From Candidatus Omnitrophota bacterium (GTDB lineage Bacteria > Omnitrophota > Gorgyraeia > Duberdicusellales > 4484-171), in the NCBI GenBank assembly GCA_018826075.1, contig JAHKAJ010000024.1, forward strand, positions 145,694 through 209,693: a DNA stretch of 64,000 nt. Direction: 5' to 3'. A program made the translations under genes and the position numbers. Numbering within the stretch: the first letter of the stretch is position 1; the number at the start of each line of letters is the position of its first letter. Under the pieces are notes generated by a model, which was not told where the DNA came from, made no database searches, and saw nothing but the letters and a program-made list of their open reading frames with translations. Below are positions 45,458 through 55,484 of this stretch, in pieces.

Positions 45458-46185
45458 TTTTTAATCCTCTCTTCTACGGTCTTAAGCGCATCCTTAGTCA
45501 TGACTAATCTTTTACAATCAAGAACGTCGATGGTCGGAATATTAAGGGCTTGAGAAACTTTTAATTTCGCCAAATTATTACTCGCCAACTTAAGGTTATT
45601 TTCTAAATCCTTGACCACCAAGCGTACTTTTTCCTGATTAAGTTTAAGTTTTTTAATGATCTCGGCCAGTTTCTTTGTCTTGTGGGAAACTAAAGGCACC
45701 TCTTCCAAAACCATAATTTCGGCATCCCTTAATTTAGCATTCAGGGCACTTTTAAGCGCCAGGGCTTTCATCTTTTTCGGCATATCTTTATAGAATGAAT
45801 GCGGTTTCGGGCCAAAAGCCACTCCGCCGCCCCTCCACACCGGGTTACGCGAAGAACCAAACCTTGCCCGGCCGGTTCCCTTCTGCCGCCAGGGTTTTTT
45901 ACCACCACCGGAGACATCACCCCGGGTCTTGCTTGAGGCTAACCCCATCCGCTGATTTCCCTGATAGATCACCACTGCCTGATGCATCAGCTGCATATTG
46001 ATCGTACCGTCAAAGACTTCCGGGTCTAAATCAAACTGGGAAACCTTTTTGCCATCAATATTCAAAACCCCTAAACTTAAAGCCTTATCGCTTTCAACCT
46101 TCGGCGATTTGGCTTTTTTAGTTCGTTTAGGCGTAAGAGCCTTTTTCACTTTCTTCTTAGGAGCTGTTTTTTTAGCGGTGGCCAT
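45445..46185 (-). CDS. rplD: 50S ribosomal protein L4 with a Lys-rich N-terminal extension of about 35 aa.
   Basis: The L4 core includes WRQKGTGRARFGS.RNPVWRGGGVAFGPKP. The N-terminal tail is MATAKKTAPKKKVKKALTPKRTKKAKSPK. Confidence 0.85.
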   Translation of the reverse strand: MATAKKTAPKKKVKKALTPKRTKKAKSPKVESDKALSLGVLNIDGKKVSQFDLDPEVFDGTINMQLMHQAVVIYQGNQRMGLASSKTRGDVSGGGKKPWRQKGTGRARFGSSRNPVWRGGGVAFGPKPHSFYKDMPKKMKALALKSALNAKLRDAEIMVLEEVPLVSHKTKKLAEIIKKLKLNQEKVRLVVKDLENNLKLASNNLAKLKVSQALNIPTIDVLDCKRLVMTKDALKTVEERIKKCLA

Positions 46186-46189
46186 AAAA

Positions 46190-46843
46190 TTAATTTACCT
46201 TTTTAAGGCAGACTACTGTCCCCTTGGGCCCGGGAACGCAGCCCGATATAAAAATAAGATTTCTGTCTTTATCTACTTTTTTCACGGTTAAATTCTTGGT
46301 GGTCCTGAACTTATTACCCATATGCCCGGGCATATGCAAACCCTTGATTATCCTTGAAGGATACGCCGAAGACCCGGCTGAACCAATACGCCTATGTGAA
46401 GTTGAACCGTGAGTTCGTGGCCCACCACGCCAACCATACCGCTTCATTCCCCCGGCAAATCCCTTTCCTTTAGTTTTTGAGCGAACGTCAACTGTATCGC
46501 CTTCTTTAAATATATCGACCCCCAATTGACGAACCCCTTGGGTTTTATCCTCAGAGGAAAGAAAACCCAAATCTGCCCCTGGCTCAACGGTAACTTCCCT
46601 TAACAGTTTGTAAGCCGGGATACCCAGCTTTTTAAAATATCCGGACAGCGGCTTTTTTATTTTCAAGCTTTTTTTATCGCTCAGCTTAAAACAAGCCACC
46701 TGGACTTTGTTTTTAGTCGGATAATTCATCTTCCGGAGCAAATATACCGGTTCAACCTCAAGAAGGGTCACCGGACAGAGATTGCCCTCAGCGTCAAAAC
46801 TTTGAGTCATCCCCAGTTTTTTTCCGTAAATCTCTCTGATCAT
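46190..46843 (-). CDS. rplC: 50S ribosomal protein L3.
   Basis: 217 aa with conserved L3 blocks (GMTQSF..., ...GKGFAGGMKRYGW). Confidence 0.9.
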   Translation of the reverse strand: MIREIYGKKLGMTQSFDAEGNLCPVTLLEVEPVYLLRKMNYPTKNKVQVACFKLSDKKSLKIKKPLSGYFKKLGIPAYKLLREVTVEPGADLGFLSSEDKTQGVRQLGVDIFKEGDTVDVRSKTKGKGFAGGMKRYGWRGGPRTHGSTSHRRIGSAGSSAYPSRIIKGLHMPGHMGNKFRTTKNLTVKKVDKDRNLIFISGCVPGPKGTVVCLKKVN

Positions 46844-46942
46844 AAATTCACTTCGTCAATAACGAAGCCCTTTCACGAATCACATCGAACACCACGAACC
46901 ACTCGTGGTAATCCGTCTCATTCTCGTGATAAAAGCCCGGTT
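46844..46942 (-). ncRNA. Structured 99-nt intercistronic leader between rpsJ and rplC; a candidate cis-regulatory r-protein leader.
   Basis: The minus-strand RNA contains the nested hairpins CCACGAguggUUCGUGG and CUUCGuuauugaCGAAG, plus a longer-range pairing AUCACGAg...UUCGUGAa. rpsJ and rplC are normally adjacent or overlapping, so a 99-nt spacer is unusual. Confidence 0.35.
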
Positions 46943-47251
46943 TTACACTTCCTGCTTAATCGCTACATTTACTCCTGCCGGCAGGTTCAACTTTCGTAAA
47001 GCATCTATGGTCTTGGCGGTAGGATTATCTAGATCAATGATCCTCTTGTGAATCGCCAACATAAACTGCTCGCGCGACTTCTTGTCGATGTTCGTCGAAC
47101 GATTAACGGTGTAGATCTTCTTCTTAGTCGGTATCGGTATCGGCCCGTTAACCTTTGCTCCGGTGCGCAAAGCCACCTCAGTAATATCCTGCGCTGACTG
47201 ATCAAGGATCCGGTGGTCAAAAGCTTTTAGTTTTATTCGCAATTTAAGCAT
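46943..47251 (-). CDS. rpsJ: 30S ribosomal protein S10.
   Basis: 102 aa, [19 protein letters not shown]... canonical S10. Confidence 0.9.
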   Translation of the reverse strand: MLKLRIKLKAFDHRILDQSAQDITEVALRTGAKVNGPIPIPTKKKIYTVNRSTNIDKKSREQFMLAIHKRIIDLDNPTAKTIDALRKLNLPAGVNVAIKQEV

Positions 47252-47262
47252 AATAGTTAAAT

Positions 47263-48486
47263 TTATTCGATAATCTCGGTGATTACTCCTGCTCCTACGG
47301 TTCGGCCGCCTTCACGGATAGCAAACCTTAATTCTTTCTCGGCGGCTACCGGCTGAATCAGCGTGATTTCTACGTCTAAGTTATCGCCGGGCATAACCAT
47401 TTCAACGCCCTCAGGCAATTTACAGGTTCCAGTCACATCAGTGGTGCGGAAATAAAATTGGGGCCGGTAACCGGAAAAAAAAGGAGTATGCCTGCCGCCT
47501 TCCTCTTTCTTCAAGGCGTAAACTTTAGTCTTAAACTTAGTGTGAGGAGTGATTGAGCCGCTTTTAGCCATAACCATTCCCCGTTCAACGTCATTCTTCT
47601 CAACTCCCCGTAAAAGTAAGCCTACGTTGTCTCCGGCTTGGCCTTCATCAAGAAGTTTTCTGAACATTTCCACGCCGGTAACTACAGTCTTTTTAATCTC
47701 TGGGTGTATTCCTACCATTTCAACTTCTTCGCCAACTTTAACCTTTCCCCGTTCGATTCTGCCAGTAACAACTGTTCCCCGGCCGGAAATAGTAAACACA
47801 TCTTCTATAGCCATAAGGAAAGGTTTTTCTGTCTCTCTTTTGGGAGTAGGAATATAATCATCTATGGCTTTCATCAAATCAATAATAGATTTGCAATTCG
47901 GGCAATCATCCTTACCGCAACCGCAGTGCATGGCTTTTGTAGCTGAACCTCTGATAACCGGGGTTTCCTTACGGGGAAATTCATATTTAGCAAGTAAATC
48001 TCTCACTTCTTCTTCTACCAGGTCGACTAATTCCATATCGTCCATAAGATCGACCTTATTAATAAACACCGCAATTGCCGGAACGTTTACCTGCCGAGCC
48101 AAAAGTACGTGCTCTCTAGTTTGAGGCATTGGTCCGTCAACAGCTGATACCACCAGGATCGCTCCATCCATCTGGGCAGCGCCGGTGATCATATTTTTAA
48201 TATAGTCAGCATGCCCCGGACAATCAATATGAGCATAGTGACGTTTTTCAGTTGCGTATTCCACGTGTGAAATCGCTATAGTCAAAATTTTAGTATCGTC
48301 TCTGCGCCCTTGGGCTTCCGATGCCCTGGCTACTTGATCATAACTGATAAAAGTAGCTAGCCCTTTTCCCTGGAGAACTTTAGTTATTGCTGAAGTAAGC
48401 GTAGTTTTACCATGATCTACGTGGCCGATAGTTCCAATGTTAACATGGGGTTTGGCCCTTACAAACTTTTCCTTTCCCATCTCCAC
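47263..48486 (-). CDS. tuf: Elongation factor Tu, carrying an unusual Cys4 insertion ([12 protein letters not shown]) after the G5 (SAxK) motif.
   Basis: [19 protein letters not shown] and SATK G-motifs are present. Domains II and III are highly conserved. The insertion spans residues 187-198 (nt 47893..47928). Confidence 0.95.
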   Translation of the reverse strand: MEMGKEKFVRAKPHVNIGTIGHVDHGKTTLTSAITKVLQGKGLATFISYDQVARASEAQGRRDDTKILTIAISHVEYATEKRHYAHIDCPGHADYIKNMITGAAQMDGAILVVSAVDGPMPQTREHVLLARQVNVPAIAVFINKVDLMDDMELVDLVEEEVRDLLAKYEFPRKETPVIRGSATKAMHCGCGKDDCPNCKSIIDLMKAIDDYIPTPKRETEKPFLMAIEDVFTISGRGTVVTGRIERGKVKVGEEVEMVGIHPEIKKTVVTGVEMFRKLLDEGQAGDNVGLLLRGVEKNDVERGMVMAKSGSITPHTKFKTKVYALKKEEGGRHTPFFSGYRPQFYFRTTDVTGTCKLPEGVEMVMPGDNLDVEITLIQPVAAEKELRFAIREGGRTVGAGVITEIIE

Positions 48487-48508
48487 ACCTCCTTAATTCA
48501 CTCTTATT

Positions 48509-50596
48509 TTATACACCTAATATTTTTGCCAATAATTCGTCAGGCACCTTCTCATAATATGAAGGTTCTATTGTATAAGAGGCTCTGCCTTGTGTCAAGT
48601 TCCTAAGTGCGTCAGCATAATTGAAAGCTTCTGAAAGCGGGACGTCGGCACTGACTATCCGTAAGTTCTTGCGTTCCTTAATACTGGAGATTTTGCCCCG
48701 GCGGGAATTCAGATCACCGATAACCTGGCTCGAATATTCAGCCGGTACTATCACCTCCAAGCTCATTATCGGTTCTAAGATCACCGGTCCGGCTTTGCGC
48801 AAGGCCTCTTTAATTGCCAATTCGGCAGCTACTTTAAAACTCAGCTCCGAAGAATCAACATCATGGTATGAGCCATCGATCAAAGTTACTTTTATATCCA
48901 CTACCGGGTATCCACCTAAGATTCCACTCTCTACAGCCTCCTCAATGCCTTCTTTGACTGCCGGAATGTATTCCTTAGGGATAACACCGGATTTTATTTT
49001 TGATTCAAAAACAATTCCCTGTCCTTTGCTTAAGGGTTCTAAAATAATCACTACGTGCCCGTATTGGCCTCTTCCGCCGGTCTGCTGAATAAATTTACCG
49101 ACGGCTTCAACCTTACGGGTAACGGTTTCTTTATAGGCAACCTGAGGTTTTCCGATCTTAGCTAAAACATTAAATTCGCGAATCAACCGGTCAACCATTA
49201 TTTCCAGGTGCAACTGGCCCATTCCGGAAATTATATTCTGGCCGGTTTCTTTATTATAATTGATCTTAAATGAGGGGTCCTCGTCAGCCAGTTTTCGCAA
49301 AGCATCAAATAGCTTGTCCTGATCAGCCTGAGTCTTAGGCTCAATTGCCAAAGAGACAACCGGCTGGGGAAATTTTATCGCTTCTAAAACCAGCGAATGC
49401 CGGCTGTCACAAAGAGTATCGCCGGTAGTGGTATTTTTTAAGCCTACCAAACAGATTATATCCCCAGCCTGGGCTTGAGGAACGTTTTCCTGTTTATTAG
49501 CATGCATCCTGATAATCTTAGAAATCTTTTCTTTTTCATCCTTAGTCGCATTGTAGATAGTCGAAGAAACCGTGACCTTTCCCGAATAAACCCGAGTATA
49601 AAACAGTTTACCGACAAAAGGATCAGTAAAAACTTTAAAACACAAACCGCAAAACCCGGCTCCCAGATCGGCCTCGATAACTTTTTCTTCGCCGGATTTT
49701 AAAATTACCCCTTTGATCGGCACTGTCTCGATCGGAGAAGGCAGATATTCGCAGATCGCGTTAAGCAACAATTGGACCGCCTTGTTCTTGAGTGCCGAAC
49801 CGCAAACGACCGGCACGAACTTATTAGCGATCACATATTTACGGATCGCCGCGGTTATCTCCTCCTGGTCAACGCCCTGGCCGTCAATTATTTTATGCAT
49901 AAAAGCATCGTCAAGCTCAGCCAGTTTTTCAATCAAATGTTCTCTTTGCTTAGCGGCAGCTTCCTTGAGGTCTTGAGGGATCTCGTCTTCCTTGACTTCT
50001 TGGCCGAATTCACCCTGGTTATATACCGCACGCATTTTAATCAAATCGATCACTCCCAGAAAATCATCATCTTTATATATCGGTAAGGTGACCGGAGCCA
50101 GGGGCACAGCTAATTTTTCTTTCATCTCCGAAAGCACTCCCAAAAAGTCAACACCGACCCGGTCCATCTTATTAATAAAAGCGATCCGGGGAACCTGGTA
50201 ACGGTCAGCTTGATGCCAAACTGTCTCCGACTGAGGTTGAACCCCGCCGACCCCGCAAAAAATAACTACCACTCCATCCAAGACTTTAAGCGAACGTTCG
50301 ACTTCGACCGTAAAATCAATATGGCCGGGAGTGTCGATAATATTGATCTGGAAATCTTTCCACTGGCAATAAGTAGCCGCGCTGGTGATAGTAATACCGC
50401 GTTCACGTTCCTGGATCATCCAGTCGGTCACCGTGGTCCCTTCATGAACCTCGCCTACCTTATGGGTTTTTCCGGCATAGTAAAGTATCCGTTCGGTAGT
50501 GGTGGTCTTACCGGCATCGATATGGGCGATAAAGCCGATATTGCGTATTTTTTCCAATCCTTGGGTTTTCTTCATAAGTTCAACTGTTGCAATCAC
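48509..50596 (-). CDS. fusA: Elongation factor G.
   Basis: 695 aa with the G domain [12 protein letters not shown]...DTPGHIDF...NKMD and domains II-V conserved. Confidence 0.95.
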   Translation of the reverse strand: MIATVELMKKTQGLEKIRNIGFIAHIDAGKTTTTERILYYAGKTHKVGEVHEGTTVTDWMIQERERGITITSAATYCQWKDFQINIIDTPGHIDFTVEVERSLKVLDGVVVIFCGVGGVQPQSETVWHQADRYQVPRIAFINKMDRVGVDFLGVLSEMKEKLAVPLAPVTLPIYKDDDFLGVIDLIKMRAVYNQGEFGQEVKEDEIPQDLKEAAAKQREHLIEKLAELDDAFMHKIIDGQGVDQEEITAAIRKYVIANKFVPVVCGSALKNKAVQLLLNAICEYLPSPIETVPIKGVILKSGEEKVIEADLGAGFCGLCFKVFTDPFVGKLFYTRVYSGKVTVSSTIYNATKDEKEKISKIIRMHANKQENVPQAQAGDIICLVGLKNTTTGDTLCDSRHSLVLEAIKFPQPVVSLAIEPKTQADQDKLFDALRKLADEDPSFKINYNKETGQNIISGMGQLHLEIMVDRLIREFNVLAKIGKPQVAYKETVTRKVEAVGKFIQQTGGRGQYGHVVIILEPLSKGQGIVFESKIKSGVIPKEYIPAVKEGIEEAVESGILGGYPVVDIKVTLIDGSYHDVDSSELSFKVAAELAIKEALRKAGPVILEPIMSLEVIVPAEYSSQVIGDLNSRRGKISSIKERKNLRIVSADVPLSEAFNYADALRNLTQGRASYTIEPSYYEKVPDELLAKILGV

Positions 50597-50614
50597 TATT
50601 TTCTATCCTGTAAA

Positions 50615-50642
50615 GTAGGGGCGTATAATTATTCGCCCCTAC
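50615..50642. other. GC-rich stem-loop GTAGGGGCG-(10 nt AT loop)-CGCCCCTAC between rpsG and fusA.
   Basis: Direct reading: a 9-bp perfect inverted repeat in the 57-nt rpsG-fusA spacer. On the transcribed strand it is followed only by UUUAC, a weak U-tract. It may be an attenuator or processing site. Confidence 0.45.
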
Positions 50643-50653
50643 GCACATTCTTT

Positions 50654-51121
50654 TTAGTATTTAAAATGGGCAAAAGCTTTATTGGCGTCTGCCATTTTGT
50701 GAGTATCTTCTTTTTTCTTGATCGCCGAGCCTTCCTGTTTGTAGGCAGCGATTATTTCTTCAGCCAGCTTCTCTTCCATGGGCTTGCCTTTTTTCTTGAG
50801 TGAAAAATCTTTCATCCAGCGAAGAGCAATGGTCATTCCTTTTTCTTTAGGCACTTCTAAAGGAACCTGATAAGTCGCTCCGCCGATCCGGCGCGGTTTG
50901 ACCGCCATCCGGGGACGGGCATTCTCCAAGGCCGTAAAAAATACCTTCAAGGGATCTTCCTTTAACTTGTCGGCAATAAGATCCAAAGTATTATAGACTA
51001 TTTTTTGAGCGGTACTTTTTTTCCCGTCACGCATAATAATGGTAATAAAACTACCGATCTCTTCGGAATCAAACTTAGGGTCTCTTTTTACTTCTCGTTT
51101 TGGCGCTTGTCTTCTTCTCAT
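50654..51121 (-). CDS. rpsG: 30S ribosomal protein S7.
   Basis: 155 aa, MRRRQAPKREV... conserved S7. Confidence 0.9.
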   Translation of the reverse strand: MRRRQAPKREVKRDPKFDSEEIGSFITIIMRDGKKSTAQKIVYNTLDLIADKLKEDPLKVFFTALENARPRMAVKPRRIGGATYQVPLEVPKEKGMTIALRWMKDFSLKKKGKPMEEKLAEEIIAAYKQEGSAIKKKEDTHKMADANKAFAHFKY

Positions 51122-51142
51122 CGTCGCTTGGCTCCTCTTGTG

Positions 51143-51514
51143 TTATTTAGGCCGTTTAGCCCCGTATTTCGAACGTGAGCGTTTTCGGTTTTGTACACCC
51201 TGACAATCAAGGGTACCTCTGACAATATGATAACGCACTCCCGGAAGGTCCTTGACTCTTCCGCCCCGGACTAAAGTTATCGAATGTTCCTGAAGATTGT
51301 GGCCTTCTCCGGGAATATAAGCAGTAACTTCCTCCCCATTGGTCAAACGGACCCTGGCTATTTTACGCAAAGCCGAATTGGGTTTTTTCGGGGTCATTGT
51401 CCGCACCTGGATGCAAACTCCCCGGCGCTGGGGGCAACCGTGCAAAGCCGGGGACTTGCCCCTTTTGTGTTTTAAAATCCTTGATTTTCGTATCAGCTGT
51501 CTTATGGTTGGCAT
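51143..51514 (-). CDS. rpsL: 30S ribosomal protein S12.
   Basis: 123 aa, [12 protein letters not shown]...[10 protein letters not shown] highly conserved. Confidence 0.95.
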   Translation of the reverse strand: MPTIRQLIRKSRILKHKRGKSPALHGCPQRRGVCIQVRTMTPKKPNSALRKIARVRLTNGEEVTAYIPGEGHNLQEHSITLVRGGRVKDLPGVRYHIVRGTLDCQGVQNRKRSRSKYGAKRPK

Positions 51515-54500
51515 TTTTCCACTCCAGTATCTCGATACCGCCTTAAACCGGTTCCTGCAGGTATAAGGTGGCCGACGATAACATTTTCTTTTAATCCCTG
51601 TAATTTATCAATTTTTCCGGCAGTAGCTGCTTCGGCTAGGATACGGGTGGTTTCCTGAAAGCTGGCTGCCGAAATAAAACTTTTAGTGCTTAGAGAAGCC
51701 TTGGTAATACCCAGCAACAGCGGAGAAGCTGTAGCCGGACGGCCGTCTTTCTTGATTATCTTCTCATTTTCTTTTCTAAAATCCCATTTATCCACTCCCT
51801 CACCGGGAAGAAATTCACTGTCGCCGGGGTCAATGATCTTGACCTTTTTAAGCATCTCTCTGATGATCACTTCGATATGTTTATCATTGATCCTTACTCC
51901 CTGAAGCCGGTAAATTTCCTGTATCTCGTTGACCAAATGTTCCTGTAAAACTTTATCGCCGCAAACCCTCAAGATATCCTGCAAGATTATCGGCCCTTCA
52001 GTCAACTGCTGGCCGGCAATTACCTGGTCACCGCGATAGACTATCGGGTGAGTGCCGGCCGGAATAGCATATTCTCTTTTCATCCCGGTCGGACTGCGGA
52101 CAATTACGTTTCGCTCTCCGGCAACTTCAGCAAATTCAATAAACCCGTCGATTTCACTGATAACTGCCGGGCTTTTAGGATGCCGAGCCTCAAAAAGCTC
52201 AGCCACCCGGGGTAAACCTCCGGTGATATCGCGGGTTTTAGCCACCAAGCGGGGAGTTTTGGCGATGATATCTCCGGATTCGACTTTGCTGCCTTCCTCC
52301 AACATTATATGGGCTCCGGTAGGCAAAGGGTAGATACCCAAAACTTCTTCCTGATCCGATACGATCAAGATCTGAGGATGATAATCGCCTTTAAATTCTA
52401 CAACTACCCGTTCTTTTCTACCGGTAGTAACATTCATTTCCTCTTGAATGGTGATCTTATCGACAATATCTTCGTATTTGACTTTACCGGCCACTTCGCC
52501 TAAGATCGGTGAAGAATAAGGATCCCATCTTACAAAAATCTTATCCTTTTCTATTTTTGTATCTTCAACAGCAAAAATCGATGCACCTTGAGGAACCGGA
52601 TTGCGCTGCAGCTCCCGGCCCACTTCATCGTTGATGCTGATCATTCCGTTACGGTTTAAAACCACAAAATATTTACCCTTGGAAACTACCTTAAGGTTAT
52701 GATATCTTACTGTTCCGACTTCCCTAGCCTTGATAAAAGCCCGTTCGGCGACTCGCGAAGCAGTTCCACCAATATGAAAAGTCCTCATGGTCAACTGGGT
52801 GCCCGGCTCACCGATAGACTGAGCGGCAATAATACCTACTGCTTCGCCGATCTCTACCGGTTTTCGGGCCGCCAGATTAAGGCCGTAACATTTAATACAG
52901 ACTCCTCTTTCTGACTCACAAGTCAAAACACTTCTGATCCGGATTTTTTCTAAACCCAAACGTTCTATCATTTCGGCGGTTTCTTCGTTGATCGCTTCGC
53001 CGGCCTTAACAATAAGCTCATCACTGACTACATCCATCACATTATCCAAAGCCACTCTGCCGATGATTCTTTCTCTTAAGGTAACAACTACATCTTCACC
53101 TTCAACAATCTCGGCAACGGTGATCCCGTTCACCGTTCCGCAATCTTCTTCAATGATGATCACTTCCTGGGCTACGTCTACCAGTCGCCGAGTAAGATAC
53201 CCGGCGTCAGCGGTTTTAAGAGCGGTATCAGCCAAACCTTTACGGGCACCGTGAGTAGAAATAAAAAATTCCAGAACCGTCAAGCCCTCTTTAAAATTTG
53301 AAGTAATCGGGATCTCAATAATCTCGCCCGAAGGCTTAGCCATCAGGCCGCGCATTCCGGCTAACTGCCTTACCTGAAGTTTGGAACCCCGGGCGCCGGA
53401 ATCAGCCATCATAAAAACCGGGTTATGTTTATCCATATTCTTAAATACGTAATCGGAAACCCGGTCAGTGGTCCTGGTCCAGACATCGATGATCTTATTA
53501 TGCCGTTCGCGCTCAGTGATAATCCCTTTGCGGTATTGATCGTCTACTTTTCCTAATTCGCTATTAGCTTCGTCGATGCACTCCTGCTTTTGTTCAGGAA
53601 TAACTAAGTCGTCGACCGAAATACTGATGCCTCCTAAAGTGGCATAAGCAAACCCTAAATCCTTTATTTTGTCTAAAAGTTCGATGACTTCGCTATGGCC
53701 AAAAGATTTATAGCATTCGCTGATGATCTCGGAAACTTTTCCTTTACTAAGCAGTTCGTTAACAAAGCGAAATCCTTTTGGGAGAATTTGATTAAAAATA
53801 ACCCTTCCGGCAGTTGTCTCGGTAAGTTTCTTTTCCTCGTTTTCAACTATCCGCAGCTTAATCTGGGCATGAAGATCGAGCTCCTCATCCTGATAAGCAG
53901 TTATTACCTCGTCGGCATTGGAAAAAATCAGGCCTTCGCCTTTAGTCTTGGATTTTTCTAAGGTTAGATAACGGCAGCCGATGATCATATCCTGGCTGGG
54001 AGCAATGACCGGCCGGCCGTCAGAAGGCGAAAAGATGTTATTCACCGAAAGCATGAGGATTTTTGCCTCAGCCTGGGCCTCTAAAGATAAGGGTAAGTGA
54101 ACTGCCATCTGGTCACCATCAAAATCGGCGTTAAAAGCGGCGCAGACCAAAGGATGTAATTTTATAGCTTTACCTTCGACTAAAACCGGATAAAAAGCCT
54201 GAATGCTTAGGCGATGCAGAGTCGGTGCACGGTTTAACAAAACCGGATGTCCTTTGATCACTCCTTCCAGGATATCCCAAACCTCAACCCTGGCCCGTTC
54301 AACCATTCTCCGGGCACCTTTTATGGTATGAACAAAACCTTTTTCACGTAGTTTCTTAATAATAAACGGCTCAACCAGTTCTAAAGCCATCTGTTTAGGT
54401 ATGCCGCACTGATAAAGCCGCAGTTCCGGACCGACCACGATAACGCTTCTGCCGGAATAATCTACACGCTTACCCAAAAGATTCTGCCGAAAACGGCCTT

Positions 54501-55473
54501 GTTTTCCCTTAAGCATGTCCGAAAGGCTTTTTAGCGGCCGGTTCTGAGGGCCCATCACCGGGCGGCCATGGCGTCCGTTCTCCAAAACCGCATCTACAGC
54601 TTCCTGGAGCATTCTTTTTTCATTACGGATGATTATATCCGGAGCTCCCAGGGAGATCAGTTTTCTTAAACGGTTGTTCCGGTTGATCACCCGACGGTAT
54701 AAATCATTAAGATCTGAAGAAGCAAAACGTCCCCCTTCCAAAGGAACCAAGGGACGCAGATCCGGTGGGATCACCGGCAAGACATCTAAAACAAACCACT
54801 GAGACTCATTGCCGGAACGCCGCAGATCTTCGACTATCTTTAAACGCTTGAGATAACGCTTATTGACTCCGATTTTTCCCTTTTCAATGCTCTTGCGGAT
54901 AGATTTACTTAACTTATTAAGATCGATCGCCTCAAGAAGTTCTTTTATCGCTCCGGCTCCGATAGAAACTTTAAACTCTTTTCCGTATTTATCCAATCCT
55001 TGGCGGTACTCGCCTTCGGAAAGAAGCTGTAGTTTTTTAAAAGGGGTAGTTCCCGGATCGATGACCACATACTCTTCGTAATAGATGATTTTTTCCAACT
55101 GTTTTATGCTTAAATCCAACACTGCCCCGATCCTTGAAGGAAGGACTTTGAAAAACCAAATATGAGTACAAGGAGCTGCCAATTCAATAGTGCCCATTCG
55201 CTGGCGGCGGACCGAAGAATGAGAAATCTCCACTCCGCAACGATCGCATTTAGCGCCTTTGAACTTTATCCCTTTAAGTTTTCCGCAATGGCATTCCCAG
55301 TCTTTGGTCGGCCCGAAAATCTTTTCGCAGAACAACCCGTCTTTTTCCGGCTTTAAAGTCCGATAGTTGAGAGTCTCAGCTTTCTTTATTTCACCGGAAG
55401 ACCAGCTGCGGATCACCTGCGGCGAAGCTAACTTAATACTGATGTGGTCAAAAAAACCAACTTCTTCGATCAT
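51502..55473 (-). CDS. rpoC: DNA-directed RNA polymerase subunit beta'.
   Basis: 1323 aa. N-terminal zinc-binding CHCGK...C..C and the NADFDGD active site are present, with conserved regions A-H. Confidence 0.95.
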   Translation of the reverse strand: MIEEVGFFDHISIKLASPQVIRSWSSGEIKKAETLNYRTLKPEKDGLFCEKIFGPTKDWECHCGKLKGIKFKGAKCDRCGVEISHSSVRRQRMGTIELAAPCTHIWFFKVLPSRIGAVLDLSIKQLEKIIYYEEYVVIDPGTTPFKKLQLLSEGEYRQGLDKYGKEFKVSIGAGAIKELLEAIDLNKLSKSIRKSIEKGKIGVNKRYLKRLKIVEDLRRSGNESQWFVLDVLPVIPPDLRPLVPLEGGRFASSDLNDLYRRVINRNNRLRKLISLGAPDIIIRNEKRMLQEAVDAVLENGRHGRPVMGPQNRPLKSLSDMLKGKQGRFRQNLLGKRVDYSGRSVIVVGPELRLYQCGIPKQMALELVEPFIIKKLREKGFVHTIKGARRMVERARVEVWDILEGVIKGHPVLLNRAPTLHRLSIQAFYPVLVEGKAIKLHPLVCAAFNADFDGDQMAVHLPLSLEAQAEAKILMLSVNNIFSPSDGRPVIAPSQDMIIGCRYLTLEKSKTKGEGLIFSNADEVITAYQDEELDLHAQIKLRIVENEEKKLTETTAGRVIFNQILPKGFRFVNELLSKGKVSEIISECYKSFGHSEVIELLDKIKDLGFAYATLGGISISVDDLVIPEQKQECIDEANSELGKVDDQYRKGIITERERHNKIIDVWTRTTDRVSDYVFKNMDKHNPVFMMADSGARGSKLQVRQLAGMRGLMAKPSGEIIEIPITSNFKEGLTVLEFFISTHGARKGLADTALKTADAGYLTRRLVDVAQEVIIIEEDCGTVNGITVAEIVEGEDVVVTLRERIIGRVALDNVMDVVSDELIVKAGEAINEETAEMIERLGLEKIRIRSVLTCESERGVCIKCYGLNLAARKPVEIGEAVGIIAAQSIGEPGTQLTMRTFHIGGTASRVAERAFIKAREVGTVRYHNLKVVSKGKYFVVLNRNGMISINDEVGRELQRNPVPQGASIFAVEDTKIEKDKIFVRWDPYSSPILGEVAGKVKYEDIVDKITIQEEMNVTTGRKERVVVEFKGDYHPQILIVSDQEEVLGIYPLPTGAHIMLEEGSKVESGDIIAKTPRLVAKTRDITGGLPRVAELFEARHPKSPAVISEIDGFIEFAEVAGERNVIVRSPTGMKREYAIPAGTHPIVYRGDQVIAGQQLTEGPIILQDILRVCGDKVLQEHLVNEIQEIYRLQGVRINDKHIEVIIREMLKKVKIIDPGDSEFLPGEGVDKWDFRKENEKIIKKDGRPATASPLLLGITKASLSTKSFISAASFQETTRILAEAATAGKIDKLQGLKENVIVGHLIPAGTGLRRYRDTGVEKCQP

Positions 55474-55484
55474 TTATACTCCTG

